Positions 30,605 to 42,126 of a DNA stretch of 64,000 nt are shown here, piece after piece. Origin of the DNA: a plasmid. How positions within the stretch are numbered: the stretch's first letter is position 1; each line of letters opens with the position of its first letter. The translations under genes were made by a program, and so were the position numbers. The stretch lies in sequence record CP121101.1. The stretch is one strand, 5' to 3'. A model generated the notes under the pieces. The model was not told the DNA's origin, ran no database searches, and saw only the letters and a list, made by a program, of their open reading frames with translations.

Positions 30605-33571
30605 CCGGTTGCAGAGGCCGTAGCGGCCTGAACTTCCCCGCGCCGATCTTGGCGCTGCTGCGCCATAGGTAATCACCGGTCAGGTTGATGTGCTCCCAGC
30701 CGAGAGTGGCGACAGGTACTGCAATAGCGAGTCATCGACGGCATGACCATTGCCGCGCAACGCATGCGCCGCACGCTCCAGGTAGACCGTGTTCCACAGC
30801 ACGATGGCCGCCGTCACCAGGTTGAGGCCGCTGGCCCGGTAGCGCTGCTGCTCGAAACTGCGGTCACGGATTTCACCAAGGCGGTTGAAGAACACGGCAC
30901 GGGCCAGCGCATTGCGCGCCTCGCCCTTGTTCAGCCCGGCATGCACGCGGCGGCGTAGCTCGACGCTTTGCAGCCAGTCGAGGATGAACAGCGTGCGCTC
31001 GATGCGGCCCAACTCGCGCAGCGCGACGGCCAAGCCGTTCTGGCGCGGGTAGCTGCCGAGTTTCCTGAGCATCAGCGAGGCCGTCACCGTGCCCTGCTTG
31101 ATCGAGGTGGCCAGCCGCAGGATTTCGTCCCAATGGGCGCGGACGTGCTTGATGTTGAGCGTGCCGCCGATCATCGGCTTGAGCGCGTCATAGGCGGCAT
31201 CGCCCTTCGGGATGTAGAGCTTGGTGTCGCCCAGGTCGCGGATGCGCGGCGCGAAGCGGAAGCCCAAGAGGTGCATCAGGGCGAAGACGTGATCGGTGAA
31301 GCCCGCCGTGTCGGTGTAGTGCTCCTCGATCCGCAGGTCGGATTCGTGGTACAGCAGGCCGTCGAGCACGTAGGTTGAGTCGCGCAGGCCGACATTGACC
31401 ACCTTGGTGTGGAATGGCGCGTATTGGTCGGAGATGTGGGTGTAGAAAGTCCGTCCTGGGCTGCTGCCATATTTTGGGTTGATGTGCCCCGTGCTCTTTG
31501 CCTTGCTAGCGGTTCGGAAATTCTGTCCGTCCGATGATGATGTGGTGCCATCGCCCCAGTGCCCGGCAAAGGGATGCCGAAACTGAGCGTTGACCAGTTC
31601 AGCCAACGCTGTCGAGTACGTTTCGTCGCGGGTATGCCAGGCTTGCAGCCAAGCGAGCTTCGCGTAGGTCGTGCCGGGGCAGGACTCGGCCATCTTGGTC
31701 AGGCCCAGGTTGATGATCGCGTCGGCCAGGATCGTGGTCAACAACAGGTTCTTGTCCTTGGCCAGATCGCCCGATTTCAAGTGCGTGAAGTGCCGGGTGA
31801 AGCCCGTCCACTCATCGACTTCGAGCAGCAGTTCGGTGATCTTGACGTGCGGCAGGACCATGGCTGTCTGGTCTATCAGCGCCTGCGCGGTGTCGGGCAC
31901 CGCCGCATCCAGCGGCGTGATCTTCAAGCCCGACTCGGTGATGATGGCATCCGGCAGGTCGTTGGCTGCCGCCATGCGGTTGACGGTGGCAAGTTGTGCT
32001 TCCAGCAGCGTCAGCCGCTCATGCAGATATTGTTCGCAGTCGGTGGCCACGGCCAGCGGCAATTCGCTGGACTGCTTGAGGCTGGTGAACTTCTCGGGCG
32101 GTACCAGGTAGTCCTCGAAGTCCTTGAACTGGCGTGAACCCTGCACCCAGATGTCGCCCGAGCGCAGGGAGTTCTTCAACTCGGACAGCGCGCACAGTTC
32201 GTAGTAGCGCCGGTCGATGCCGGCGTCGGTCATCACCAGTTTCTGCCAGCGCGGCTTGATGAAGCCGGTCGGTGCATCGGCTGGCAGCTTGCGGGCGTTG
32301 TCGGTGTTCATGCCGCGCAGCACCTCAATGGCATCAAGCACGTTTTTGGCGGCGGGCGCGGCCCGCAGCTTGAGCACGGCAAGGAATTCCGGTGCATAGC
32401 GGCGCAGGGTGGCGTAGCTCTCGCCGATGCGATGCAGGAAATCGAAGTCATCGGGTTGCGCGAGCTTCTGCGCCTCGGTGACGCTCTCGGCAAAGGAATC
32501 CCAGGACATGACGGCCTCGATGGCGGCAAACGCATCGCGGCCTGATTGCTTGGCGTCGATCAGCGCCTGACCGATGCGCCCGTACAGACGTACCTTGGCG
32601 TTGATGGCCTTGCCTGACGCCTGGAACTGCTGCTGATGCTTATTCTTGGCAGCGTTAAACAGCTTACCCAGGATGCGGTCGTGCAGGTCGATGATTTCGT
32701 CGGTGACGGTGGCCATGCCCTCGGTGGCCAGCGCCACGAGAGTGGCGTAGCGCCGTTGCGGCTCGAATTTGGCCAGGTCGGCGGGTGTCATCTGGCCGCC
32801 CTCGCGGGCAATCTTGAGCAGGCGGTTCTGGTGAACCAGCCGCTCGATGCCGGTAGGCAGATCGAGTGCCTGCCATGCCTTGAGGCGTTCGATGTGTTCC
32901 AGCATATGCCGCGAATTTGGCTTGGCCGGAGACTGGCGCAACCAAGCCAACCAGGTCGTCTTGCCGTTGTCCCGGCGCTTGAGCAGATCGTCGAGGCGGC
33001 GGCGATGCGCGTCCGCCAGTGGTTCGGCCAAGGCGTCGTAGATGCGCCGGTTAGCACGGGTGATCGCCTCTGCACTCGCCCGCTCGACGGCGTTGAGGGC
33101 GGGCAGAATGACCGACTGCCGCCGCAGGTGCCCGATCAAGGCGCTGGCCAGCACGATGCCTTTGTCGGTTTGCATCGCCAGCTCGGTCAGCATCTGGACG
33201 GCCTGCCGGTAATGGCTCATGGTGAAGGGCCGGAAACCGAACACGGTTTGCAGCTCGCTCAGGTGCTCGCGCCGGGTCTGCTCCCGCTGGCCGTACTCGT
33301 TCCAGCTTTCGACGCCGACCTTGAGCTGGTCGGCGACCAGCTTCAACAAGGGCGGGAACGGTAGTTCATCGACGCCCAGGATGACGCCGGGAAAGCGCAG
33401 GTAACAGAGCTGCACCGCGAAGCCCAGCCGATTGGCTGGCCCGCGCCGCTGTCGGATGATCGAGAGGTCGGTATCGTTGAATGTGTAATGTCGGATCAGG
33501 TCGTCCTTGGAGTCCGGCAACGCCAGCAGGCTTTCCCGCTCGGCGGCGGACAGGATAGAACGACGTGGCAT
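30600..33571 (-). CDS. tnpA: Tn21-family transposase TnpA with a 3-prime frameshift
   Basis: N-terminus [60 protein letters not shown] matches Tn21 TnpA. The 963-aa ORF ends ...[15 protein letters not shown]. The canonical tail [36 protein letters not shown] is in another frame, after a CTCTC (2-bp) expansion at about 30703. Confidence 0.9.
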
Positions 33572-33583
33572 ATTTACTGATCC

Positions 33584-34133
33584 GTTCTCAAGTATTGATA
33601 CAGGGTTTCGCGACTGATTCCGAATTCACGAGCAAGCTTGGTCTTTTGCTCGCCAGCCTCGACACGTTGGCGCAGTTCGGCAATACGCTCAGACGACAGG
33701 GATTTCTTCCGCCACGGTAAGCCCCGCGTTGCTTGGCGAGCGCAATACCCTCGCGCTGACGCTCGCGGATCAGGGCGCGCTCGAACTCGGCGAACGCGCC
33801 CATCACCGAGAGCATCAGGTTCGCCATCGGAGAGTCTTCGCCAGTAAAACTGAGGTGTTCCTTGACGAATTCGATATGCACGCCGCGTTGTGTCAGCGTT
33901 TGCACGATCCGGCGCAAATCATCGAGATTGCGCGCCAGGCGATCCATGCTATGCACCACCACGGTGTCGCCGGTGCGGGCGAAGCTTATCAGCGCTTCCA
34001 GTTGCGGACGCTTGACATCCTTGCCGGATGCCTTGTCGCTAAAAGCGCGATCAACCTTGACGCCTTCCAGTTGCCGTTCCGGGTTCTGGTCGAAGGTGCT
34101 GACCCTGATATACCCAATGCGCTGTCCAGTCAT
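33584..34133 (-). CDS. tnpR: resolvase TnpR with a 3-prime frameshift
   Basis: [39 protein letters not shown]... is a serine recombinase. After [15 protein letters not shown] the frame shifts (about 33708-33713): the ORF reads GRNPCRL..., whereas the canonical [45 protein letters not shown] lies in the other frame. Confidence 0.85.
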
Positions 34134-34258
34134 GGAATTCCCTGCAAAATGTCAGGGAAGACTCTATGACCTTCAACGAGATATGTCAATAAATTCAAAA
34201 TTCAATCCTATCCTGACGCAATTTACACATGGCATCTGACATCAGGTTAGGGTATGCC
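34134..34258. promoter_or_regulatory. res site region of the Tn21-family transposon
   Basis: Intergenic region upstream of tnpR containing TGTCAGGGAAGACTCTATGACC-type resolvase sub-sites. Boundaries are approximate. Confidence 0.55.
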
Positions 34259-34610
34259 TCAACCTGACGGCGGCGAATCACAAGCGTCCGGTTTGACGCT
34301 GGTTTCGGTCGCAGTGCTGGCCCGCGCCTGGAAGCGCTGATAGCACTCCAGCCCGCAGAAATGCTCCACGTACTCGGCCCCTTCCGGCGTGAAGGCGGCA
34401 TCGAGCGGGATTTCCTTGCAGCACACGCAGCAACTGGTGCTCGGTTCATTGGCGTTCATGGTGGTGTTCCTCCATTGGTTGACGAAGCCGACGAAGGCCG
34501 CCGCCGGCATCGGCCTGGCGAACAGGAAACCCTGCACCGTGTCGCAACCCGCCTGCCGCAACCACGCAAGGCAGTCGGGTGTTTCCACACCCTCGGCTAC
34601 CACCTCCATT
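34259..34610 (-). CDS. urf2 3-prime remnant (tnpM region: EAL-domain C-terminus followed by a Cys-rich DUF3330-like ORF)
   Basis: ...[44 protein letters not shown] is an EAL C-terminus. [43 protein letters not shown] follows. This is the urf2 half left behind by the integron insertion, as in Tn21. Confidence 0.5.
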
Positions 34611-34611
34611 G

Positions 34612-34636
34612 TCGTTTTCAGAAGACGGCTGCACTG
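34612..34636. repeat. IRi of the class 1 integron
   Basis: TGTCGTTTTCAGAAGACGGCTGCAC, preceded by TCCAT. The same 5 bp follows IRt at 52279-52283, so the TSD is TCCAT as for In2 in Tn21. Confidence 0.85.
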
Positions 34637-34810
34637 AACGTCAGAAGCCGACTGCACTATAGCAGCGGAGGGGTTGGATCCATCAGGCAACGACGGGCTG
34701 CTGCCGGCATCAGCGGACGCAGGGAGGACTTTCCGCAACCGGCCGTTCGATGCGGCACCGATGGCCTTCGCGCAGGGGTAGTGAATCCGCCAGGATTGAC
34801 TTGCGCTGCC

Positions 34811-35824
34811 CTACCTCTCACTAGTGAGGGGCGGCAGCGCATCAAGCGGTGAGCGCACTCCGGCACCGCCAACTTTCAGCACATGCGTGTAAATCATCGT
34901 CGTAGAGACGTCGGAATGGCCGAGCAGATCCTGCACGGTTCGAATGTCGTAACCGCTGCGGAGCAAGGCCGTCGCGAACGAGTGGCGGAGGGTGTGCGGT
35001 GTGGCGGGCTTCGTGATGCCTGCTTGTTCTACGGCACGTTTGAAGGCGCGCTGAAAGGTCTGGTCATACATGTGATGGCGACGCACGACACCGCTCCGTG
35101 GATCGGTCGAATGCGTGTGCTGCGCAAAAACCCAGAACCACGGCCAGGAATGCCCGGCGCGCGGATACTTCCGCTCAAGGGCGTCGGGAAGCGCAACGCC
35201 GCTGCGGCCCTCGGCCTGGTCCTTCAGCCACCATGCCCGTGCACGCGACAGCTGCTCGCGCAGGCTGGGTGCCAAGCTCTCGGGTAACATCAAGGCCCGA
35301 TCCTTGGAGCCCTTGCCCTCCCGCACGATGATCGTGCCGTGATCGAAATCCAGATCCTTGACCCGCAGTTGCAAACCCTCACTGATCCGCATGCCCGTTC
35401 CATACAGAAGCTGGGCGAACAAACGATGCTCGCCTTCCAGAAAACCGAGGATGCGAACCACTTCATCCGGGGTCAGCACCACCGGCAAGCGCCGCGACGG
35501 CCGAGGTCTTCCGATCTCCTGAAGCCAGGGCAGATCCGTGCACAGCACCTTGCCGTAGAAGAACAGCAAGGCCGCCAATGCCTGACGATGCGTGGAGACC
35601 GAAACCTTGCGCTCGTTCGCCAGCCAGGACAGAAATGCCTCGACTTCGCTGCTGCCCAAGGTTGCCGGGTGACGCACACCGTGGAAACGGATGAAGGCAC
35701 GAACCCAGTGGACATAAGCCTGTTCGGTTGGTAAGCTGTAATGCAAGTAGCGTATGCGCTCACGCAACTGGTCCAGAACCTTGACCGAACGCAGCGGTGG
35801 TAACGGCGCAGTGGCGGTTTTCAT
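34811..35824 (-). CDS. intI1: class 1 integron integrase IntI1 (337 aa, intact)
   Basis: Full-length match to IntI1: [30 protein letters not shown]...[24 protein letters not shown]. Confidence 0.97.
   Translation of the reverse strand: MKTATAPLPPLRSVKVLDQLRERIRYLHYSLPTEQAYVHWVRAFIRFHGVRHPATLGSSEVEAFLSWLANERKVSVSTHRQALAALLFFYGKVLCTDLPWLQEIGRPRPSRRLPVVLTPDEVVRILGFLEGEHRLFAQLLYGTGMRISEGLQLRVKDLDFDHGTIIVREGKGSKDRALMLPESLAPSLREQLSRARAWWLKDQAEGRSGVALPDALERKYPRAGHSWPWFWVFAQHTHSTDPRSGVVRRHHMYDQTFQRAFKRAVEQAGITKPATPHTLRHSFATALLRSGYDIRTVQDLLGHSDVSTTMIYTHVLKVGGAGVRSPLDALPPLTSER
35709..35737 (+). promoter_or_regulatory. Pc cassette promoter, weak variant with TGN-extended -10
   Basis: -35 TGGACA (35709-35714), 17-bp spacer, -10 TAAGCT (35732-35737) preceded by TGG. 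Confidence 0.65.
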
Positions 35825-35889
35825 GGCTTGTTATGACTGTTTTTTTGTACAGTCTATGCCTCGGGCATCCAAGCAGCAAGCGCGTTACG

Positions 35890-35968
35890 CCGTGGGTCGA
35901 TGTTTGATGTTATGGAGCAGCAACGATGTTACGCAGCAGGGCAGTCGCCCTAAAACAAAGTTATGTGT
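35890..35968 (+). promoter_or_regulatory. attI1 recombination site
   Basis: ...ACGCAGCAGGGCAGTCGCCCTAAAACAAAGTTA followed by the first cassette (junction reads GTTATGT). Confidence 0.55.
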
Positions 35969-36175
35969 TTTTCTTGCAAGCGCCATGATTAATCAAAACT
36001 TTTTTCTAGCCATGCGGCATGGGTGAATTAAAAAACAGTGCCTTAGAGCGTCAATTTGGTACCTTATTTTTGCGATTTTAAGTGGTTGTAAGTTGCTGTT
36101 TTTAAGGTGTTTATTTTTCTTGAGAACTGGTTGGTAAATGTTAGTCTTCGACTCAAATAGAAAGAGGGCTAGAAA

Positions 36176-36831
36176 ATGGATAAAACAGACCAGTTATATG
36201 TACAAGCAGACTTTTCACATCAAGACATGAGTGGTCAGTATTTTAAAAATTGCAAATTTTTCTGCTGTTCCTTTAAACGAGCGAACCTCCGCGATACACA
36301 ATTTGTAGATTGTTCTTTCATTGAACGAGGTGAATTAGAGGGGTGTGATTTTTCTTACTCGGATCTTAGAGATGCATCTTTTAAAAACTGCAGTCTTTCA
36401 ATGTCGTATTTCAAAGGTGCAAATTGTTTTGGTATCGAGTTCAGAGAATGCGATTTAAAGGGTGCCAATTTTGCTCAAGCTAGCTTCATGAATCAGGTAT
36501 CGAACAGAATGTATTTTTGTTCAGCTTATATAACAGGTTGTAATCTTTCATACGCCAACTTTGAAAGGCAGTGTATCGAAAAGTGTGATTTGTTTGAGAA
36601 TAGATGGATTGGCGCAAATCTGAGTGGTGCATCATTTAAAGAGTCTGATTTAAGTCGGGGAGTATTTTCTGAAGGGTGTTGGAGCCAGTGTAGGTTGCAA
36701 GGTTGTGTTTGAGCCACTCGGAGTTGTATGGTTTAGACCCTCGGAAAGTTGACCTTACAGGTGTAAAAATCTGTTCGTGGCAGCAAGAACAACTTTTAGA
36801 GCAATTAGGTTTAATAGTAGTTCCTGACTAA
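36176..36831 (+). pseudogene. qnrVC: qnrVC-type pentapeptide-repeat quinolone resistance cassette gene, frameshifted near the 3-prime end
   Basis: MDKTDQLYVQADFSHQDMSGQYFKNCKFFCCSFKRANLRDTQFVDCSF... matches QnrVC. The ORF stops at 36712 (...CRLQGCV*), but the remaining QnrVC C-terminus SHSELYGLDPRKVDLTGVKICSWQQEQLLEQLGLIVVPD* is encoded in the next frame to 36831. This is consistent with a 1-bp deletion near 36706. Confidence 0.85.
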
Positions 36832-37087
36832 ATTTGATGGTTTGAACACACACATAACAAACGCCTCAAGAGGGACTGTCAACGCGTGGCGTTTCCAGTC
36901 CCAATGAGCTGTGGTGGTTACGGCTGTTGTGTTTGGGTTTAGTGTCATGCGTTGCCAGCCCCTTAGGCGGGCGTTAGATGCCAGATTTGGCGTTGCGTAT
37001 GCTCACAGAAAATCGACAGCCGCAAGACTGTTTTTGGCAACTCATAGCCACCACTATTTATCCTTCATACCGTAGAGGAGATTGCAC

Positions 37088-37418
37088 GTGAAGAACTGGC
37101 TCTTTCTGGCTATTGCAATATTTGGTGAGGTCGTCGCAACTTCCGCACTGAAGTCCAGCCATGGATTCACCAAGTTAGTTCCTTCTGTTGTAGTTGTGGC
37201 TGGCTAGGCTTGCGTTCTATTTCCTCTCTCTCGCAATCAAGTCCATCCCGGTCGGCATTGCTTATGCTGTTTGGGCTGGCCTCGGCATCGTACTTGTGGC
37301 AGCTATCGCTTGGATCTTCCATGGCCAGAAACTAGACTTGTGGGCGTTCGTTGGCATGGGACTTATCGTTAGTGGCGTCGCCGTTCTAAATCTGCTATCC
37401 AAGGTCAGCGCACATTGA
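37088..37418 (+). pseudogene. qacH: qacH/qacF-like small multidrug resistance (SMR) cassette gene, frameshifted
   Basis: GTG start. [39 protein letters not shown] is then continued in another frame by ORF 37194-37418 (...[69 protein letters not shown]). Together they form a QacE-family SMR protein with an indel near 37205. Confidence 0.75.
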
Positions 37419-37479
37419 TCGGGCTGGCATCTAACAATTCATTCAAGCCGACGCCGCTTCGCGGCGCGGCTTAATTCAG

Positions 37480-38061
37480 GTGTTAGGCATCACAAAGTAC
37501 AGCATCGTGACCAACAGCAACGATTCCGTCACACTGCGCCTCATGACTGAGCATGACCTTGCGATGCTCTATGAGTGGCTAAATCGATCTCATATCGTCG
37601 AGTGGTGGGGCGGAGAAGAAGCACGCCCGACACTTGCTGACGTACAGGAACAGTACTTGCCAAGCGTTTTAGCGCAAGAGTCCGTCACTCCATACATTGC
37701 AATGCTGAATGGAGAGCCGATTGGGTATGCCCAGTCGTACGTTGCTCTTGGAAGCGGGGACGGATGGTGGGAAGAAGAAACCGATCCAGGAGTACGCGGA
37801 ATAGACCAGTCACTGGCGAATGCATCACAACTGGGCAAAGGCTTGGGAACCAAGCTGGTTCGAGCTCTGGTTGAGTTGCTGTTCAATGATCCCGAGGTCA
37901 CCAAGATCCAAACGGACCCGTCGCCGAGCAACTTGCGAGCGATCCGATGCTACGAGAAAGCGGGGTTTGAGAAGCAAGGTACCGTAACCACCCCAGATGG
38001 TCCAGCCGTGTACATGGTTCAAACACGCCAGGCATTCGAGCGAACACGCAGTGATGCCTAA
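37480..38061 (+). CDS. aacA4: aminoglycoside 6'-N-acetyltransferase AAC(6')-Ib (W102, D179, so not the -cr variant)
   Basis: ...[93 protein letters not shown]...RTRSDA. Confidence 0.9.
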   Translation: MLGITKYSIVTNSNDSVTLRLMTEHDLAMLYEWLNRSHIVEWWGGEEARPTLADVQEQYLPSVLAQESVTPYIAMLNGEPIGYAQSYVALGSGDGWWEEETDPGVRGIDQSLANASQLGKGLGTKLVRALVELLFNDPEVTKIQTDPSPSNLRAIRCYEKAGFEKQGTVTTPDGPAVYMVQTRQAFERTRSDA

Positions 38062-38274
38062 GTCAAACGTTGGGCGCACAATAAGGCTCCTCGCAGAGTT
38101 GCTTGAAAGTTGTTACGATTCAAATTCAATCATGAGATAGTCAGCAGATGAGCACTTCCAAGAACGCAGACAAGTAAGCCGCAGCAACCTTCATTTTTCG
38201 GTTTTGCGGCGTTCTCATGAATCCTTTTGCTCTACGGGAGCGCCGCCAAATCCTTTGTTCAAGGAGATGGTTTC

Positions 38275-39534
38275 GTGCGCTCAAAAAACTTTAGTTGGCG
38301 GTACTCCCTTGCCGCCACGGTGTTGTTGTTATCACCGTTCGATTTATTGGCATCACTCGGCATGGACATGTACTTGCCAGCAGTGCCGTTTATGCCAAAC
38401 GCGCTTGGTACGACAGCGAGCACAATTCAGCTTACGCTGACAACGTACTTGGTCATGATTGGTGCCGGTCAGCTCTTGTTTGGACCGCTATCGGACCGAC
38501 TGGGGCGCCGCCCCGTTCTACTGGGAGGTGGCCTCGCCTACGTTGTGGCGTCAATGGGCCTCGCTCTTACGTCATCGGCTGAAGTCTTTCTGGGGCTTCG
38601 GATTCTTCAGGCTTGTGGTGCCTCGGCGTGCCTTGTTTCCACATTTGCAACAGTACGTGACATTTACGCAGGTCGCGAGGAAAGTAATGTCATTTACGGC
38701 ATACTCGGATCCATGCTGGCCATGGTCCCGGCGGTAGGCCCATTGCTCGGAGCGCTCGTCGACATGTGGCTTGGGTGGCGGGCTATCTTTGCGTTTCTAG
38801 GTTTGGGCATGATCGCTGCATCTGCAGCAGCGTGGCGATTCTGGCCTGAAACCCGGGTGCAACGAGTTGCGGGCTTGCAATGGTCGCAGCTGCTACTCCC
38901 CGTTAAGTGCCTGAACTTCTGGTTGTACACGTTGTGTTACGCCGCTGGAATGGGTAGCTTCTTCGTCTTTTTCTCCATTGCGCCCGGACTAATGATGGGC
39001 AGGCAAGGTGTGTCTCAGCTTGGCTTCAGCCTGCTGTTCGCCACAGTGGCAATTGCCATGGTGTTTACGGCTCGTTTTATGGGGCGTGTGATACCCAAGT
39101 GGGGCAGCCCAAGTGTCTTGCGAATGGGAATGGGATGCCTGATAGCTGGAGCAGTATTGCTTGCCATCACCGAAATATGGGCTTCGCAGTCCGTGTTAGG
39201 CTTTATTGCTCCAATGTGGCTAGTGGGTATTGGTGTCGCCACAGCGGTATCTGTGTCGCCCAATGGCGCTCTTCGAGGATTCGACCATGTTGCTGGAACG
39301 GTCACGGCAGTCTACTTCTGCTTGGGCGGTGTACTGCTAGGAAGCATCGGAACGTTGATCATTTCGCTGTTGCCGCGCAACACGGCTTGGCCGGTTGTCG
39401 TGTACTGTTTGACCCTTGCAACAGTCGTGCTCGGTCTGTCTTGTGTTTCCCGAGTGAAGGGCTCTCGCGGCCAGGGGGAGCATGATGTGGTCGCGCTACA
39501 AAGTGCGGAAAGTACATCAAATCCCAATCGTTGA
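38275..39534 (+). CDS. cmlA: chloramphenicol efflux MFS transporter CmlA (419 aa from GTG; leader region upstream)
   Basis: VRSKNFSWRYSLAATVLLLSPFDLLASLGMDMYLPAVPFMPNALGTTASTIQLTLTTYLVMIGAGQLLFGPLSDRLGRRP... is full length, ending ESTSNPNR. Confidence 0.9.
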   Translation: MRSKNFSWRYSLAATVLLLSPFDLLASLGMDMYLPAVPFMPNALGTTASTIQLTLTTYLVMIGAGQLLFGPLSDRLGRRPVLLGGGLAYVVASMGLALTSSAEVFLGLRILQACGASACLVSTFATVRDIYAGREESNVIYGILGSMLAMVPAVGPLLGALVDMWLGWRAIFAFLGLGMIAASAAAWRFWPETRVQRVAGLQWSQLLLPVKCLNFWLYTLCYAAGMGSFFVFFSIAPGLMMGRQGVSQLGFSLLFATVAIAMVFTARFMGRVIPKWGSPSVLRMGMGCLIAGAVLLAITEIWASQSVLGFIAPMWLVGIGVATAVSVSPNGALRGFDHVAGTVTAVYFCLGGVLLGSIGTLIISLLPRNTAWPVVVYCLTLATVVLGLSCVSRVKGSRGQGEHDVVALQSAESTSNPNR

Positions 39535-39798
39535 GAGAATGTGGCAAGCTATCGCCCAACAAATCGCTGCAGCCGACCCAAAACCGCTACGCGGTTTCGG
39601 TCGGCTGAGCTCAGGCGTTAGGCCTCGCCGAAGCGAAAGATCGCTACTTGAAGTGTTGACGCCTTTGTTTTAAAGTTTCGCGTCTATCTTTCTGATTTTG
39701 TTAAAAAATCAGACTTTGATTAATCATGTTAGACGTCAGAGGTATTTTGACTTAAACGCCTCTGAGGTCGAATTAACGTTAGCCACCAAGAAGGTGCC

Positions 39799-40599
39799 AT
39801 GAAAACATTTGCCGCATATGTAATTATCGCGTGTCTTTCGAGTACGGCATTAGCTGGTTCAATTACAGAAAATACGTCTTGGAACAAAGAGTTCTCTGCC
39901 GAAGCCGTCAATGGTGTCTTCGTGCTTTGTAAAAGTAGCAGTAAATCCTGCGCTACCAATGACTTAGCTCGTGCATCAAAGGAATATCTTCCAGCATCAA
40001 CATTTAAGATCCCCAACGCAATTATCGGCCTAGAAACTGGTGTCATAAAGAATGAGCATCAGGTTTTCAAATGGGACGGAAAGCCAAGAGCCATGAAGCA
40101 ATGGGAAAGAGACTTGACCTTAAGAGGGGCAATACAAGTTTCAGCTGTTCCCGTATTTCAACAAATCGCCAGAGAAGTTGGCGAAGTAAGAATGCAGAAA
40201 TACCTTAAAAAATTTTCCTATGGCAACCAGAATATCAGTGGTGGCATTGACAAATTCTGGTTGGAAGGCCAGCTTAGAATTTCCGCAGTTAATCAAGTGG
40301 AGTTTCTAGAGTCTCTATATTTAAATAAATTGTCAGCATCTAAAGAAAACCAGCTAATAGTAAAAGAGGCTTTGGTAACGGAGGCGGCACCTGAATATCT
40401 AGTGCATTCAAAAACTGGTTTTTCTGGTGTGGGAACTGAGTCAAATCCTGGTGTCGCATGGTGGGTTGGGTGGGTTGAGAAGGAGACAGAGGTTTACTTT
40501 TTCGCCTTTAACATGGATATAGACAACGAAAGTAAGTTGCCGCTAAGAAAATCCATTCCCACCAAAATCATGGAAAGTGAGGGCATCATTGGTGGCTAA
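39799..40599 (+). CDS. blaOXA-10: class D beta-lactamase OXA-10 family (266 aa, intact)
   Basis: [81 protein letters not shown]...[11 protein letters not shown]. Confidence 0.95.
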   Translation: MKTFAAYVIIACLSSTALAGSITENTSWNKEFSAEAVNGVFVLCKSSSKSCATNDLARASKEYLPASTFKIPNAIIGLETGVIKNEHQVFKWDGKPRAMKQWERDLTLRGAIQVSAVPVFQQIAREVGEVRMQKYLKKFSYGNQNISGGIDKFWLEGQLRISAVNQVEFLESLYLNKLSASKENQLIVKEALVTEAAPEYLVHSKTGFSGVGTESNPGVAWWVGWVEKETEVYFFAFNMDIDNESKLPLRKSIPTKIMESEGIIGG

Positions 40600-40615
40600 A
40601 ACAAAGTTAAACATC

Positions 40616-41407
40616 ATGAGGGAAGTGGTGATCGCCGAAGTATCGACTCAACTATCAGAGGTAGTTGGCGTCATCGAGCGCCATCTCGAACCGACGTTGC
40701 TGGCCGTACATTTGTACGGCTCCGCAGTGGATGGCGGCCTGAAGCCACACAGTGATATTGATTTGCTGGTTACGGTGACCGTAAGGCTTGATGAAACAAC
40801 GCGGCGAGCTTTGATCAACGACCTTTTGGAAACTTCGGCTTCCCCTGGAGAGAGCGAGATTCTCCGCGCTGTAGAAGTCACCATTGTTGTGCACGACGAC
40901 ATCATTCCGTGGCGTTATCCAGCTAAGCGCGAACTGCAATTTGGAGAATGGCAGCGCAATGACATTCTTGCAGGTATCTTCGAGCCAGCCACGATCGACA
41001 TTGATCTGGCTATCTTGCTGACAAAAGCAAGAGAACATAGCGTTGCCTTGGTAGGTCCAGCGGCGGAGGAACTCTTTGATCCGGTTCCTGAACAGGATCT
41101 ATTTGAGGCGCTAAATGAAACCTTAACGCTATGGAACTCGCCGCCCGACTGGGCTGGCGATGAGCGAAATGTAGTGCTTACGTTGTCCCGCATTTGGTAC
41201 AGCGCAGTAACCGGCAAAATCGCGCCGAAGGATGTCGCTGCCGACTGGGCAATGGAGCGCCTGCCGGCCCAGTATCAGCCCGTCATACTTGAAGCTAGAC
41301 AGGCTTATCTTGGACAAGAAGAAGATCGCTTGGCCTCGCGCGCAGATCAGTTGGAAGAATTTGTTCACTACGTGAAAGGCGAGATCACCAAGGTAGTCGG
41401 CAAATAA
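40616..41407 (+). CDS. aadA1: aminoglycoside 3''-adenylyltransferase AadA1 (263 aa)
   Basis: MREVVIAEVSTQLSEVVGVIERHLEPTLLAVHLYGSAVDGGLKPHSDIDLLVTVTVRLDETTRRALINDLLETSASPGESE...EFVHYVKGEITKVVGK. Immediately preceded by AACAAAGTTAAAC, an attI1-type junction. Confidence 0.9.
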   Translation: MREVVIAEVSTQLSEVVGVIERHLEPTLLAVHLYGSAVDGGLKPHSDIDLLVTVTVRLDETTRRALINDLLETSASPGESEILRAVEVTIVVHDDIIPWRYPAKRELQFGEWQRNDILAGIFEPATIDIDLAILLTKAREHSVALVGPAAEELFDPVPEQDLFEALNETLTLWNSPPDWAGDERNVVLTLSRIWYSAVTGKIAPKDVAADWAMERLPAQYQPVILEARQAYLGQEEDRLASRADQLEEFVHYVKGEITKVVGK

Positions 41408-41432
41408 TGTCTAACTCAAGCGTTAACCCAGG

Positions 41433-41915
41433 ATGAGAACCTTGAAAGTATCATTGATGGCTGCGAAAGCGAAAAACGGCGTGATTGGTTGCGGTCCAGA
41501 CATACCCTGGTCCGCGAAAGGGGAGCAGCTACTTTTTAAAGCATTGACCTACAATCAGTGGCTTCTGGTGGGTCGCAAGACGTTTGAATCTATGGGCGCA
41601 CTCCCCAATAGGAAATACGCGGTCGTTACCCGCTCAGGTTGGACATCAAATGATGACAATGTAGTTGTATTTCAGTCAATCGAAGAGGCCATGGACAGGC
41701 TAGCTGAATTCACCGGTCACGTTATAGTGTCTGGTGGCGGAGAAATTTACCGAGAAACATTACCCATGGCCTCTACGCTCCACTTATCGACGATCGACAT
41801 CGAGCCAGAGGGGGATGTTTTCTTCCCGAGTATTCCAAATACCTTCGAAGTTGTTTTTGAGCAACACTTTACTTCAAACATTAACTATTGCTATCAAATT
41901 TGGAAAAAGGGTTAA
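41433..41915 (+). CDS. dfrA14: trimethoprim-resistant dihydrofolate reductase, DfrA14-like
   Basis: (MRT)[65 protein letters not shown]...[12 protein letters not shown]. The exact allele was not determined. Confidence 0.85.
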   Translation: MRTLKVSLMAAKAKNGVIGCGPDIPWSAKGEQLLFKALTYNQWLLVGRKTFESMGALPNRKYAVVTRSGWTSNDDNVVVFQSIEEAMDRLAEFTGHVIVSGGGEIYRETLPMASTLHLSTIDIEPEGDVFFPSIPNTFEVVFEQHFTSNINYCYQIWKKG

Positions 41916-42126
41916 CAAAGCTATGCAATCGACGGCAAAAAGCTTCGTTCGCTTCGCGCACTACGCCTTTTCCGCGATTGATAGCGACGTTATGTGAATA
42001 TTGAAATGAGCATTCCAAAGAAAGGAAGTAGAAAAATTATCGTGGGCGAAAATGAGTTTTTGTGGCTCATTAGGTCAAAACTCACATATTCGCAGGACTG
42101 TTTAGGTACAGAAATGACTGCGGTCG

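Noticed and set aside
30184-30666. 160-aa ORF spanning the left IR of the Tn21-family transposon
   Set aside because: Its N-terminal 40 aa are translated from the transposon IR and the out-of-frame tnpA end, and the rest from the disrupted flanking gene. It is a fusion created by the insertion, not a gene.
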